From positions 10,728 to 74,727 of the forward strand of contig CBFGZV010000021.1 in NCBI GenBank assembly GCA_965653365.1: DNA of 64,000 nucleotides, in the 5' to 3' direction. Under the pieces are notes generated by a model. That model was given only the letters and a program-made list of their open reading frames with translations, was not told the origin of the DNA and did not search any database. Every line of letters starts with the position of its first letter. Position 1 is the first letter of the stretch. Of this stretch, positions 10,582-20,720 are shown piece after piece. The DNA comes from an uncultured Chitinophaga sp. GTDB taxonomy: Bacteria; Bacteroidota; Bacteroidia; Chitinophagales; Chitinophagaceae. The position numbers and the translations under genes are program-made.

Positions 10582-11607
10582 TCAGAGTTCCAGGCTTAGT
10601 TCACAAATGTAATGCGTATGGGTTTCCCGTACGTGGAGATCGTGCCTGCCGGAGTACAGCAGTTCCAGCCTACGGCGGATGTTGGGCATGCCGATGCCGC
10701 CGGTATCGTCTTTTTCCTGGTGGCTGATGCGGTTCTGCACCACCAGCTGCAGCCGGTTCCCTTCGATGGTGACCTGTATCAGCACCGGGTCTTCCGGGGC
10801 GTTGAGCACGCCGTGTTTGAAGGCGTTCTCCACGAATGCGATGAGGAGCACCGGTACAATCTGCTGGTTGGTAATGACACCCTCCACCAGCACATCGATG
10901 TAAATGGTTTCTTTAAAACGGGCTTTCTGCAGGTCGATAAAACTGTGCAGGTATTGCAGTTCTTTTTCCAGCGGCACCTGGCTGCCTTCGGAATCGTATA
11001 GCAGGTACCGCAGCACTTCGGAAAGTTTGAGAATGGCGTCCGGCGCTTTCCCGGATTGCTGGTAAGCCAGCGCGTAGATGCTGTTGAGCGTATTGAACAG
11101 GAAATGTGGGTTCAGTTGTGATTTGAGCAAGGCCAGTTCCGCTTCGGTACGTTGCCGCTCCAGCATTTTTTTATCGTGGTCGGCCTTCCGGAGGTCCTGT
11201 ACAAAACGTATGGCGGTGCCCACCAGTATCCATGGCATTATCCTCACAAAGTTGTCCCGGATATAATACGGTATGGTAGTGCCTTTATAATAGTTGCCAT
11301 ACCCGATGGTGGCGGGAAATATCACTTCCTCCAGCAGGGCCCGCAGGCCAATGCCGAGCATGATCAGCGCCAGTGAAGTGAGGGCCCAGGTCCAATACCG
11401 TTTGCGGCGGAAGAAGAGCGGGTATAACCACAGATAGTTCACCAGAAAAGGAACGGCTTTTATCAGCGTGAAACTGAAATCGAACACCGTAAAGGAAGGC
11501 TCAAAGTCTATCCGCAGCTGGATGGAAATCAGGAAAAACAACACGACCGTCGCGATGCCGGTGAGCCAGTTCCATAATGGCTTATTGGTAGCAGGAGCTT
11601 TGATCAC
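10582..11607 (-). CDS. sensor histidine kinase, LytS/YehU-like (His_kinase + HATPase_c)
   Basis: LNPHFLFNTLNSI H-box and GGIGMPNIRRRL G-box, with N-terminal TM helices. The track ORF runs to 11895 across the divergent promoter; the GTG at 11607 was chosen. Start uncertain. Confidence 0.8.
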   Translation of the reverse strand: MIKAPATNKPLWNWLTGIATVVLFFLISIQLRIDFEPSFTVFDFSFTLIKAVPFLVNYLWLYPLFFRRKRYWTWALTSLALIMLGIGLRALLEEVIFPATIGYGNYYKGTTIPYYIRDNFVRIMPWILVGTAIRFVQDLRKADHDKKMLERQRTEAELALLKSQLNPHFLFNTLNSIYALAYQQSGKAPDAILKLSEVLRYLLYDSEGSQVPLEKELQYLHSFIDLQKARFKETIYIDVLVEGVITNQQIVPVLLIAFVENAFKHGVLNAPEDPVLIQVTIEGNRLQLVVQNRISHQEKDDTGGIGMPNIRRRLELLYSGRHDLHVRETHTHYICELSLEL

Positions 11608-11666
11608 GGTACAATTTAATGATTCTGCAAAAATAACTGTGCGGACGGGTGAGGGTACTTTACTTC

Positions 11667-11735
11667 GACCAACTGCCTCATTTATCCGACAAACCCCTAC
11701 CGCCCCGGTTGATAGCATATCCGCGGCAGTTGGTC
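11667..11735. repeat. 11-bp perfect inverted repeat in a divergent intergenic region
   Basis: gaccaactgcc (11667-11677) and ggcagttggtc (11725-11735), separated by 47 nt. Confidence 0.6.
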
Positions 11736-11779
11736 TAATTGTGGCTGCGGGCCGGCGGGCGCCGCCGCACCTTTGCAGC

Positions 11780-14191
11780 ATGCAAAAGATCTTTATCCTT
11801 ATTACCACGTTACTGGCCGGTATGGCATCAACGGCACAGACACGGGTGTCCGGCACTGTGACGGACGCACAGCATAAACCCGCCGCATTCGCCACGGTAA
11901 TGCTGCTGCACGCAAAAGATTCGTCGCTGGCGAAAGGAACGGTGACCGACAGCGCGGGCCACTATTGGCTGAGCGGCGTGAAAGCCGGTCGATATCTCAT
12001 CGCGGCTTCGGGCGTGGGCGCAGGGAAGTGTTACAGTGCCGTGTTTACGGCGAACAGCGCAGGCGGCGCCATTTCCATTCCCCTGCTCCGCCTGCGGGAA
12101 GCCCCGGCCAGTCTGAAAGGCGTGGAAGTCACCGCTCGCAAGCCTTACATTGAAATGCTGGCCGACAAAATGGTGCTGAACGTGGAGGACAATCCCATTT
12201 CAGCCGGCAACTCGCTGTTCGATGTATTGCGGCGTGCTCCGTCGGTACGGGTCGACCAGCACGATAATTTCCTGCTCCTGGGCAATGGTGTCAGCATATG
12301 GATCGACGGGCGCCCTTCCAACATGAGCGGGGAAACGCTGGCGCAATGGCTCAAAACGCAGCCCGCCGATATCGTGAGCCGGATCGAGATCATCGCTAAT
12401 CCTTCTGCCCGGTTCGATGCGGCGGGCGGTGGCGGCATCATCAACATCAAGCTTAAGAAACGCACCCAGCAGGGCCTCAACGGCAGTGTATATGCGGGCG
12501 GGGGCATGGGGAAGTACGGGAGGGCGAACACCGGGCTCAACATGAACTTCCGCGAAGGGCGGTTTAATGTGTACGGCAACTACGGTTTTTATTACTCCGA
12601 ATCATACAACCTGCTCAATTTTAACAGCATCACCCAAAAGCCCGATGGGCAATACGACCGGCTCAACCGTGAAAACTACTGGCATCCTTTCAGTCGCGGT
12701 CACAATTTGAAAGCCGGGGTGGATTATTCCATGACCGATAAAACCACGCTGGGGTTTATCGCCAACCTCGGCACCAACGGCACGAACAGCCGCACCGATG
12801 GCGTCACCGGCGATTTCAGCGATGGCAATCCGCAGCCTTCCTGGCTCAGGGCGTTTTCAGCGCAGGACGACCGCAACGACAGTTACCGGTTTAACCTGAA
12901 CCTCCTGTCCAATCTGGATACGCTCGGCAGCACATTCGTGGTGGATGCGGACATTGCCAACTACGATAAAGACCTTCAACAGTCCATTCTGAATTACCTG
13001 AACAAGGGAAGTGGGGAACAGGAGATCGCCAATATCCAGAATCTCGCGCCCTCCATGGTGTCTATCAGTTCACTGAAAGCAGACTATTCAAAAGTGTTTT
13101 CAAAAGCCTGGCAACTCGAAACCGGTGCTAAAGCCAGTTATGTAAAAACCGACAGCGATATCCGTTTCGATTCGCTGCTCAACCAGCAATGGGAGCGCGA
13201 CAAACTGCGGTCGAACCGGTTCAGGTATACTGAAAACCTCCAGGCCGCATACGTTTCACTGCATTACGACCACAAGCAATGGAACTTCAAAGCCGGCCTG
13301 CGGGTGGAAAGAACGGATGCGGAAGGCTACAGCGTGACGTTAGACTCTCTGGTGCGCAACCGTTACATCAACTTCTTTCCGTCGGTGTTCATTTTGCGGC
13401 GGTTTAATGGCGACCAGCAGCTTACTTTGAGTTACGGCAAAAGGATCGACCGCCCGTCGTACAGCCTGCTCAATCCCTTCAGCCGCGCCATCGATCCCTA
13501 TACTTTTATCGAAGGAAACCCATACCTGAAGCCGCAATTCAACCACGTGTTCCAGCTCAGGCACAGTTTCCATCAGTGGCTGCACACCACGGTGTATTAC
13601 AATTTCACGAAAGATTACAGTGGCTCCGTGATTTACAGCGAGCCGGATAAAAAGATATTTACCACGCGTTCGGAAAACATCGGCCGGGGGCATTATGGCT
13701 ACGTGGCCGTTACGGTGTATATGCCCGCCGGCAAGTGGCTGGAGTCTGAAACCAATATCGGTGCCGGCATGGCGCGTTACATATCGGTGTTGCCGGGGCA
13801 GGAATTCGATAACCGGGGTGGTGGCGCGGAAATGTCTACCAACCTCACTTTCATCCTGCCATACGATGTGAAATTGCAAGCCGCCATCGGTTACAACACA
13901 GCTGCTCCCAGCGGTCAGAACCGCAATCGCGCCATGTGGGGCACCGATTTCGGGGTGCAGAAAAGCATCTGGAAAAAACAGGGAAGCATCCGCCTCAACA
14001 TTGCCGACCCTTTCAATACCCGGCGTTATGACGCCGATATTACCACCGGCCTCTCGCAGATACACTGGGTGAACCGTTGGGAGAGCCGCCGCATCAACAT
14101 TAGCATCACCCGCAAGTTCGGCAACCAGCAGATCAAGGCGGCGCGAAGCCGGAACACGGGTGCGAAAGACGAGGAGAACAGGGTGAACTAG
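11780..14191 (+). CDS. TonB-dependent receptor / outer membrane beta-barrel family protein with an N-terminal carboxypeptidase-regulatory-like domain
   Basis: Signal peptide MQKIFILITTLLAGMASTAQ. RVSGTVTD...GRYLI matches the CarboxypepD_reg pattern, followed by a plug and a long beta-barrel. The track ORF start at 11468 is upstream read-through. Confidence 0.85.
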   Translation: MQKIFILITTLLAGMASTAQTRVSGTVTDAQHKPAAFATVMLLHAKDSSLAKGTVTDSAGHYWLSGVKAGRYLIAASGVGAGKCYSAVFTANSAGGAISIPLLRLREAPASLKGVEVTARKPYIEMLADKMVLNVEDNPISAGNSLFDVLRRAPSVRVDQHDNFLLLGNGVSIWIDGRPSNMSGETLAQWLKTQPADIVSRIEIIANPSARFDAAGGGGIINIKLKKRTQQGLNGSVYAGGGMGKYGRANTGLNMNFREGRFNVYGNYGFYYSESYNLLNFNSITQKPDGQYDRLNRENYWHPFSRGHNLKAGVDYSMTDKTTLGFIANLGTNGTNSRTDGVTGDFSDGNPQPSWLRAFSAQDDRNDSYRFNLNLLSNLDTLGSTFVVDADIANYDKDLQQSILNYLNKGSGEQEIANIQNLAPSMVSISSLKADYSKVFSKAWQLETGAKASYVKTDSDIRFDSLLNQQWERDKLRSNRFRYTENLQAAYVSLHYDHKQWNFKAGLRVERTDAEGYSVTLDSLVRNRYINFFPSVFILRRFNGDQQLTLSYGKRIDRPSYSLLNPFSRAIDPYTFIEGNPYLKPQFNHVFQLRHSFHQWLHTTVYYNFTKDYSGSVIYSEPDKKIFTTRSENIGRGHYGYVAVTVYMPAGKWLESETNIGAGMARYISVLPGQEFDNRGGGAEMSTNLTFILPYDVKLQAAIGYNTAAPSGQNRNRAMWGTDFGVQKSIWKKQGSIRLNIADPFNTRRYDADITTGLSQIHWVNRWESRRINISITRKFGNQQIKAARSRNTGAKDEENRVN

Positions 14192-14327
14192 ATGTTGTTG
14201 TTCCAGTAAAAACCGCGGTGGGTGGATGTAATGCGGGTAGCTGGCGAACCTGGCGGGCCACATGAGGCAATGAATGCAGGAGGAAGACCGGACACACTAT
14301 TCTGCTTAAACGGACCGTGTAAAATAA

Positions 14328-14356
14328 CAAAGGCCGCTTGTAACAAGCGGCCTTTG
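14328..14356. terminator. strong hairpin between convergent genes
   Basis: 13-bp stem caaaggccgcttg/caagcggcctttg with a 3-nt loop. The flanking U-tracts are weak. Confidence 0.55.
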
Positions 14357-14379
14357 TCTATCTGACAGGCAGTGTGTGC

Positions 14380-17157
14380 CTATATCACCACGTTGATCAT
14401 CTTGCCTTTTACGAAAATCACCTTTTTCGGCGGTTTGCCTTCCGTCCACTTCAGTATCACTTCATTGGCCAGTGCGATGGCGGATACTTCCGCTTCTGTG
14501 GCCTCCAGCGAAATATTAATGGTAGTACGGAGCTTACCGTTTACGGATACGGGGTACTCCTTGGTGCTTTCGGTCACGTATTGTGCGTCGAACACGGGGA
14601 AAGAGGCATCCAGTACCGAGCCACCGTTGCCGATGAGCTGCCACAGTTCCTCGCAGATGTGCGGGGCGTAAGGTGTGAGCAGCACCAGCAATTGTTCGAG
14701 GATGGCTTTTTTATGGCATTTCAGGTCGGTCAGTTCATTCACGCAAACCATAAAGCCGCTCACGGCGGTGTTGAAGGAAAGGCGCTCGGAATCCTCTTCA
14801 ATTTTGCGGATGGTTTTATGGAGCGTTTTCAGTTCTTCCGGTGTGGGGGCTGCGTCTTGTACAACGAGGCCCTTCTGTTCGTCGGCAAACAGGCGCCAGA
14901 ACTTTTTGAGGAAGCGGTGCACGCCTTCGATACCCTTGGTTTCCCAGGGTTTGCTTTGCTCCACCGGGCCGAGGAACATTTCGTACATGCGGAAGGTGTC
15001 CGCGCCGAATTTGTCGACCACCACATCGGGGTTCACGGTGTTGAAGAGGCGCTTGCTCATTTTTTCGGTGAGCGTACCGCAGATATATTTACCGTCTTCG
15101 AGGATGAACTGTGCGGAAGCATATTCTGCCCGCCAGTTTTTAAAGGCGTTGAGGTCCAGTTCCAGCCCGTCCACGATGTTCACGTCTACATGCAGCTCGT
15201 CGGTTTCGTGCTGGTCGCGGAGCCCGGCGGAAACGAACTGGTTGGTGCCGCGCACGCGGTACACGAGGCGGGAGCTGCCGGTGATCATGCCCTGGTTCAC
15301 CAGTTTTTTATAAGGCTCGTCGAAGCCGATGTGGCCGAGGTCGAACAGTACTTTCGTCCACATCCTGGAATACAGCAGGTGGCCTACGGCGTGCTCGGTG
15401 CCGCCGATGTAGAGATCCACCTGGCCCCAGTAGTCGGATATTTTGCGGTCGCAGAAATTATTGTCGTTATGCGGGTCCATATACCGCAGGAAGTACCAGC
15501 TGCTGCCGGCGTAGCCCGGCATCGTGCTGGTTTCGCGGCGCAGGGAGATACCTGGCTCCGCGGGCAGGTTGACCCAGTCGGTAATATTGGCCAGCGGACC
15601 TTCGCCGTCGTCGCCGGGGGTGTAATGTTCCACATGGGGCAGGTCCAGCGGCAGTTCGTCTGTGCTCATCGCTTCGGGAATGCCGTTGCGGTACACGATC
15701 GGGAAGGGTTCGCCCCAGTAACGCTGGCGGCTGAACCCGGCGTCGCGCATTTTATAATTGATCTGCCTTTTGCCGATGCCGAGTGTCTCAATTTTAGCGG
15801 TCACCATCTCCATGGCTTCTTTCATCTCCACACCGGTGATGAAATTGCTGTTGAAGAGTTTCCCTTCTTTGGTGGGATTGGCTTCCTCCCCGTTGAACGC
15901 ATCGCCGAGGATGTTGGTGATGGGGATGTTGAAGTGACGGGCAAAGTTAAAGTCGCGCTGGTCGCCGCAGGGCACGGCCATTATGGCGCCGGTGCCGTAG
16001 CCGGCCAGTACGTATTCGGATATCCAGATGGGGATTTGGCGGCCGTCGAACGGATTGATGGCATAAGCGCCGGTGAAACAGCCGGTGATGAGCTTTACAT
16101 CGGCCATCCGCTCGCGTTCGGAGCGGCTCTGCACGTAGTCTTTATAGTCGTTTACGGCCTGCAACTGCGCTTGGGAAGTGATACTATCTACCAGCTCATG
16201 CTCGGGGGCCACCACCATGAAATCCACCCCGAAAATCGTGTCCGGGCGGGTGGTGTACACCACAAGGCTTTCCATGCTGCCGGCGATGTTGAACTTGATC
16301 TCGGCGCCCTGGCTTTTGCCTATCCAGTTGCGCTGCATGTCTTTCATGGCTTCGCTGAAGGTCACTTTTTCCAGGCCCTCGAGCAGGCGGTCTGCATACT
16401 CGGTGATCCGCAGGAACCACTGCCGCATTTTTTTCTTGATAACAGGGTGGCCGCCACGCTCGCTGACGCCGTTGATCACCTCATCGTTGGCCAGCACCGT
16501 GCCCAGGGCGGGGCACCAGTTCACTTCCGCGTAGGCCAGGTAGCCGAGGCGGTATTCCATGAGCACTTCCTGCTGTTGTTCGTACGTATAGTCGTTCCAG
16601 CTGTCTGCGCTGAAGCGGATGCCACGGTCGCCGGGGCATTCATGGTGCAGGTTGCCCTCCGCCTCGAAAATACGCACCAGGGTCTCGATCTGCTCCGCCT
16701 TGCCGGCCTGCCGGTTGTACCAGCTGCCGAACAGCTGCAGGAAGATCCGCTGGGTCCATTTGTAGTACGAAGGGTCGCTGGTGCGGATTTCCCTGCTCCA
16801 GTCGTATGAAAAGCCGATATTGTCCAGCTGGCTCCGGAACGCGCTGATGTTCTGTTCCGTAGTAACGGCGGGGTGCTGCCCGGTTTCGAGCGCATATTGC
16901 TCCGCCGGCAGCCCGAAGGCGTCGTACCCCATGGGGTGCAGCACATTAAAGCCTTTAAGGCGTTTGTAACGGGCGTAGATATCCGATGCGATGTACCCCA
17001 GCGGATGCCCCACGTGCAGGCCCGCCCCGGAGGGATAGGGGAACATGTCCAGCACATAACATTTGGGCTTCGAACTGGTGTTGCTTACCTTGTAAGCACC
17101 GGTTTCAACCCAGTGCTGCTGCCATTTTCGCTCTATTTGCCTGAAATTATACTCCAT
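14380..17157 (-). CDS. leuS: leucine--tRNA ligase
   Basis: HIGH motif PYPSGAGLHVGHP and KMSKS motif EKMSKRLFN; 925 aa with typical LeuS architecture. Confidence 0.97.
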   Translation of the reverse strand: MEYNFRQIERKWQQHWVETGAYKVSNTSSKPKCYVLDMFPYPSGAGLHVGHPLGYIASDIYARYKRLKGFNVLHPMGYDAFGLPAEQYALETGQHPAVTTEQNISAFRSQLDNIGFSYDWSREIRTSDPSYYKWTQRIFLQLFGSWYNRQAGKAEQIETLVRIFEAEGNLHHECPGDRGIRFSADSWNDYTYEQQQEVLMEYRLGYLAYAEVNWCPALGTVLANDEVINGVSERGGHPVIKKKMRQWFLRITEYADRLLEGLEKVTFSEAMKDMQRNWIGKSQGAEIKFNIAGSMESLVVYTTRPDTIFGVDFMVVAPEHELVDSITSQAQLQAVNDYKDYVQSRSERERMADVKLITGCFTGAYAINPFDGRQIPIWISEYVLAGYGTGAIMAVPCGDQRDFNFARHFNIPITNILGDAFNGEEANPTKEGKLFNSNFITGVEMKEAMEMVTAKIETLGIGKRQINYKMRDAGFSRQRYWGEPFPIVYRNGIPEAMSTDELPLDLPHVEHYTPGDDGEGPLANITDWVNLPAEPGISLRRETSTMPGYAGSSWYFLRYMDPHNDNNFCDRKISDYWGQVDLYIGGTEHAVGHLLYSRMWTKVLFDLGHIGFDEPYKKLVNQGMITGSSRLVYRVRGTNQFVSAGLRDQHETDELHVDVNIVDGLELDLNAFKNWRAEYASAQFILEDGKYICGTLTEKMSKRLFNTVNPDVVVDKFGADTFRMYEMFLGPVEQSKPWETKGIEGVHRFLKKFWRLFADEQKGLVVQDAAPTPEELKTLHKTIRKIEEDSERLSFNTAVSGFMVCVNELTDLKCHKKAILEQLLVLLTPYAPHICEELWQLIGNGGSVLDASFPVFDAQYVTESTKEYPVSVNGKLRTTINISLEATEAEVSAIALANEVILKWTEGKPPKKVIFVKGKMINVVI

Positions 17158-17325
17158 ACCGTAGTGGCCCCGGTGAGGGGCGTTTATAGTAATTTAAATA
17201 TTTATGCCTCAATTTCCAACCGGTGTTCATATGCATATAATAAAAAATGTTAAAATACCGTTTGGGATGGCAAAAGTAAACATAACTGCCAATTTTTATT
17301 ATTTTCGCCTCTAAACTATCGATGA

Positions 17326-18198
17326 ATGGCTCAATCAGGGAAATCGTCAGCAAAGAAATCGAAGCCTTCTTATATCTATTCGATCATCGGGATCACGCTG
17401 GTGCTCCTGTTGCTCGGCGTGCTCGGTCTTTTTATGATTAATGCCAAAAAGCTGAGCGACTACTACAAGGAAAGCATAGAATTGCAGGTGATCCTCAGGG
17501 ACAACGTAAAGGAACCACAGGCTTTGTTATTAAAGGACTCACTGGCCGTTATGCCGTTTGTGCGCAAGATCCAGTACGTATCAAAGGATATGGCGGCGGA
17601 GCGGTTCAAGAAGGAAAACCCGGAGGAAAATTTCGCCGTACTGGGTTTCAACCCGCTCTATGCCAGCATCGATATCAGCCTGTATGCGCGTTATGTGCAT
17701 TCCGACAGTCTCGCCGCCATCGAGAAAAACATCGCCGGCCGCAGCACCGTCCGGGAACTGTATTACCAGCGCACCCTTGTGAGCGAGGTGCTCGATAAGG
17801 CCAAGTCCGTCGGCCTGGTTATCCTGGTGATCTGTATCATCATGGCGATCGTGGTGCTGTTCCTGATCGACAATACCATCCGCCTGGCCATGTTCAGCAA
17901 CCGCTTCCTGATCAAAACCATGCAGATGGTGGGAGCCACCCGTTGGTTCATCGCCAAACCCTTCGATATCCGCAGCATCATCAACGGCGGTATCAGCGCA
18001 CTGCTGGCCATTGCCGGCCTGATCGCGCTGATTTATTTCGCGGAATCCGCGCTGCCGGAGGTAAGAAGCATGCGGGACTATTTTATGACGGGGCTGCTGT
18101 TCCTGGGCCTGATCGTGATCGGCATCGGCATTTCACTGGTGAGCACCCACCGCTCCGTAATGAAGTACCTGAAGCTGAAGCTGGATGATTTATATTGA
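17326..18198 (+). CDS. ftsX: cell division permease FtsX-like
   Basis: N-terminal TM helix, a large extracytoplasmic loop, and three C-terminal TM helices (FtsX topology). No ftsE is adjacent, as is common in Bacteroidota. Confidence 0.8.
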   Translation: MAQSGKSSAKKSKPSYIYSIIGITLVLLLLGVLGLFMINAKKLSDYYKESIELQVILRDNVKEPQALLLKDSLAVMPFVRKIQYVSKDMAAERFKKENPEENFAVLGFNPLYASIDISLYARYVHSDSLAAIEKNIAGRSTVRELYYQRTLVSEVLDKAKSVGLVILVICIIMAIVVLFLIDNTIRLAMFSNRFLIKTMQMVGATRWFIAKPFDIRSIINGGISALLAIAGLIALIYFAESALPEVRSMRDYFMTGLLFLGLIVIGIGISLVSTHRSVMKYLKLKLDDLY

Positions 18199-18221
18199 TT
18201 CAAAAAGTTCATACACATTAT

Positions 18222-18470
18222 ATGTCTAAAGAAATTAAAGGAACAGAAGGGCGCAGTCTCTTCGGGAAGGGCAACTACCAGCTAATGCTGGCGGGCGTGG
18301 TATTGATCGTGATCGGCTTCCTGCTCATGATGGGCGGAGGCGGCGACAATGCCAGCCGTTTTTCACCGGAAGAAGTATACAGCTTCCGCCGCATCACCCT
18401 GGCCCCCATCGTTATCCTGATCGGGTTGGGCGTGGAGGCGTACGCGATCATGCGCAAACCGAAACAGTAA
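18222..18470 (+). CDS. DUF3098 domain-containing small membrane protein
   Basis: MSKEIKG...NYQLMLAGVVLIVIGFLLMMGGG...RRITLAPIVILIGL, a two-TM pattern typical of DUF3098 found next to ftsX. Confidence 0.7.
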   Translation: MSKEIKGTEGRSLFGKGNYQLMLAGVVLIVIGFLLMMGGGGDNASRFSPEEVYSFRRITLAPIVILIGLGVEAYAIMRKPKQ

Positions 18471-18499
18471 CACACGGGCATACATCTTTTATATCCACG

Positions 18500-18529
18500 G
18501 CGATGATCACATCATCGCTTTTCTTATTT
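18500..18529 (+). terminator. intrinsic terminator
   Basis: Stem gcgatgat/atcatcgc with loop cac, followed by ttttcttattt. Confidence 0.6.
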
Positions 18530-18538
18530 GAATGAACC

Positions 18539-19333
18539 ATGAGCATTATTGAAGCTATCATCATCGCAATTGTAGAGGGATTAACCGAGTTTATACCCGT
18601 ATCGTCCACCGGCCACATGATTATCGCCAGCAGCCTGATGGGCATTAACAAAGACGAGTTCACCAAGCTCTTTGAAGTCTGCATCCAGCTGGGAGCCATC
18701 CTGGCCGTGGTGGTGCTGTACTGGAAGAAGTTTTTCAATTTCAGCAAACCTTCGTTTTATTTCAAACTGTTGCTGGGCGTGCTGCCTGCTCTTATCCTGG
18801 GCTACCTGCTGGGCGACCAGATAGACGCCTTGCTTGAAAAGCCTGAAGTGGTAGGCGCCACTTTGTTCCTCGGCGGCATCGTGCTGCTGTATGTCGACAA
18901 ATGGTTTAAGCATCCGACTATCGATACCGACGAAAAGATGGACTTTTTCAAAGCCATCCGCATCGGTTTGTTCCAGTGCCTGGCCCTCATTCCCGGCGTA
19001 AGCCGCAGCGCGGCCACTATCATCGGCGGGATGCAGCAGAAGCTCACACGCCACGCCGCCGCCGAATTTTCTTTTTTCCTGGCCGTGCCTACCATGGCTG
19101 CAGCCACGGGATACAAACTGCTAAAACACCGCGAGCTGCTGACGAGCTCCGCCGAAAATATCAAACTGTTGCTGATCGGCAACGTGGTGGCTTTCGTGGT
19201 GGCCATGCTGGCCATCAAGTTTTTTATCGGGGCGCTGCAGAAATACGGATTTAAAATGTGGGGATACTACCGCATTATTGTCGGCATCATCATTCTCGCG
19301 GCTTTCTTTATGGGGTATAAACTGGAGGCTTAG
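18539..19333 (+). CDS. uppP: undecaprenyl-diphosphate phosphatase
   Basis: [15 protein letters not shown] and [10 protein letters not shown] motifs of BacA/UppP. Confidence 0.95.
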   Translation: MSIIEAIIIAIVEGLTEFIPVSSTGHMIIASSLMGINKDEFTKLFEVCIQLGAILAVVVLYWKKFFNFSKPSFYFKLLLGVLPALILGYLLGDQIDALLEKPEVVGATLFLGGIVLLYVDKWFKHPTIDTDEKMDFFKAIRIGLFQCLALIPGVSRSAATIIGGMQQKLTRHAAAEFSFFLAVPTMAAATGYKLLKHRELLTSSAENIKLLLIGNVVAFVVAMLAIKFFIGALQKYGFKMWGYYRIIVGIIILAAFFMGYKLEA

Positions 19334-19416
19334 AATCCGCGATAATGAAATCTCTGTATATTTTTATGGGTTATCAACTGGAAGCCTAAAAACCCGCAAT
19401 CATGAAATCTCTATAC
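19306..19416 (+). repeat. tandem ~56-bp duplication of the uppP-stop / downstream-start junction
   Basis: Copy 1 (19306-19360) and copy 2 (19361-19416) align at roughly 80% identity. Both contain tatggg..t.aactgga.gc.ta. followed by atgaaatctct. Confidence 0.8.
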
Positions 19417-20649
19417 CTTTTTTGTGCCGGCCTGTTGCTGGCGGCCACCGCATTGGCGCAGCGCAATTATGTATCAGCTGCTTTGCTGTTGCAAAACGGC
19501 GACAGCCTTTCAGGCCAGATCGATTACCGGAAATGGGACGTTAACCCGCTCTCGGTGAGTTTCCGGGAAGGCAACGATGCCGCTGCCAGGGAATATGCTC
19601 CTGCCGATATCAAAGGCTTCCTTATCCGCGGCAACCAGGAAATGTATCTGTCCATGCCGGCCGCCATAGATGTGACCCAGGAAACGGTCGATCACCTCTC
19701 TGCTACCCAGCACCGGGATTCGATTGGCGGTGTTCACTTCCTGCGGGTGTTGATGGACGGTCCGGTCAAGCTGCTCCTGTATACGGACCGCTTCCACCGG
19801 CAGCATTTTTTCATCATGGAAAAAGACAGTCTCACAGCACTCATTAAAAAGCAGGTCTATATCAGCAACCAGGAATCTGTGGGTTACGGCCAATTGAAAA
19901 CACATCATTTTTACCGCCAGCAACTGGCGGGCGTTTTCGGAGATTGTGTGCCCGCCCGGCACTTGTCGGTGCTCGACTATTCAGAACGCGCCCTGCGCAG
20001 CGTGCTGCAGCAATACGCCGGATGCCGCTATCCGGGCCAGCAGCTGGTTACACGGAAAGAAGACAGAGATACGCGGGTATCGCTCGGCTTGATGGGAGGA
20101 GCGGGCCTCAATACATACCGTTTTTCCGGGTCGCACCCCTTCGCGCCGCGGAAATACGGGAACACCGTTGCCCCGGTTGTCGGTATTTTCCTGGATGTGC
20201 CCGTTTCCCGCTACCGGCAAAAGATTTCCTGGAACAACGAATTGATTTATACCACCCGCGCTTTCAGCAGCAGCTGGAGCAGCAATGGTTTCTATAACGA
20301 GGTGGACGTGCAGTTTCACTACATACAGGTGCAAACCCTCCTGAAGTATACCCTTCCGCAGGGGAGCCTGCGGCCCTACGTCAACGTAGGCGTTGCTGCT
20401 GCCATCAGTTTGGGCGGGAGGGATGAATTCAGGGCCAAAAGAGAAAGCGGAACGGCCAGCGAAGAATTGCAGCCTGCGCTGGAAGGAGGGAAGAAATTTT
20501 TAATGCCGCTGCTGGCCGGCGCCGGCCTGAGGTATAAAAGGCTGCATACGGAATTGCGGGTTGTTTTACCGCATAACCTGAGCGAGTTTTTAAAACTGAA
20601 AGCCATGGTCATTACACCGCAATTGCTGGTGCGTTACGCTTTATTCTGA
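19402..20649 (+). CDS. hypothetical outer-membrane protein with a C-terminal porin-like beta-barrel
   Basis: Signal peptide MKSLYLFCAGLLLAATALAQ. The C-terminal half has alternating-hydrophobic strands and ends in a terminal F (RYALF). Confidence 0.55.
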   Translation: MKSLYLFCAGLLLAATALAQRNYVSAALLLQNGDSLSGQIDYRKWDVNPLSVSFREGNDAAAREYAPADIKGFLIRGNQEMYLSMPAAIDVTQETVDHLSATQHRDSIGGVHFLRVLMDGPVKLLLYTDRFHRQHFFIMEKDSLTALIKKQVYISNQESVGYGQLKTHHFYRQQLAGVFGDCVPARHLSVLDYSERALRSVLQQYAGCRYPGQQLVTRKEDRDTRVSLGLMGGAGLNTYRFSGSHPFAPRKYGNTVAPVVGIFLDVPVSRYRQKISWNNELIYTTRAFSSSWSSNGFYNEVDVQFHYIQVQTLLKYTLPQGSLRPYVNVGVAAAISLGGRDEFRAKRESGTASEELQPALEGGKKFLMPLLAGAGLRYKRLHTELRVVLPHNLSEFLKLKAMVITPQLLVRYALF

Positions 20650-20685
20650 GCTGGGGCCGGCAGGCCCGTGAACATAAAATCCGGG

Positions 20686-20719
20686 TAAAAAAAGAGGCTG
20701 TTTCCGCAGCCTCTTTTTT
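20686..20719. terminator. bidirectional intrinsic terminator
   Basis: Stem gaggctg/cagcctc flanked by an A-run and a T-run, between convergent genes. Confidence 0.65.
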
Positions 20720-20720
20720 G

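Noticed and set aside
11608-11779. A cobalamin or other riboswitch upstream of the TonB-dependent receptor
   Set aside because: No conserved riboswitch core could be recognised by eye. Only a simple inverted repeat is present.
14374-16809. 811-aa ORF on the plus strand
   Set aside because: It lies entirely antisense to leuS, which has unambiguous HIGH/KMSKS motifs. Its translation is dominated by G/A/V/H/F runs with no motifs. This is a typical shadow ORF in GC-rich coding DNA.
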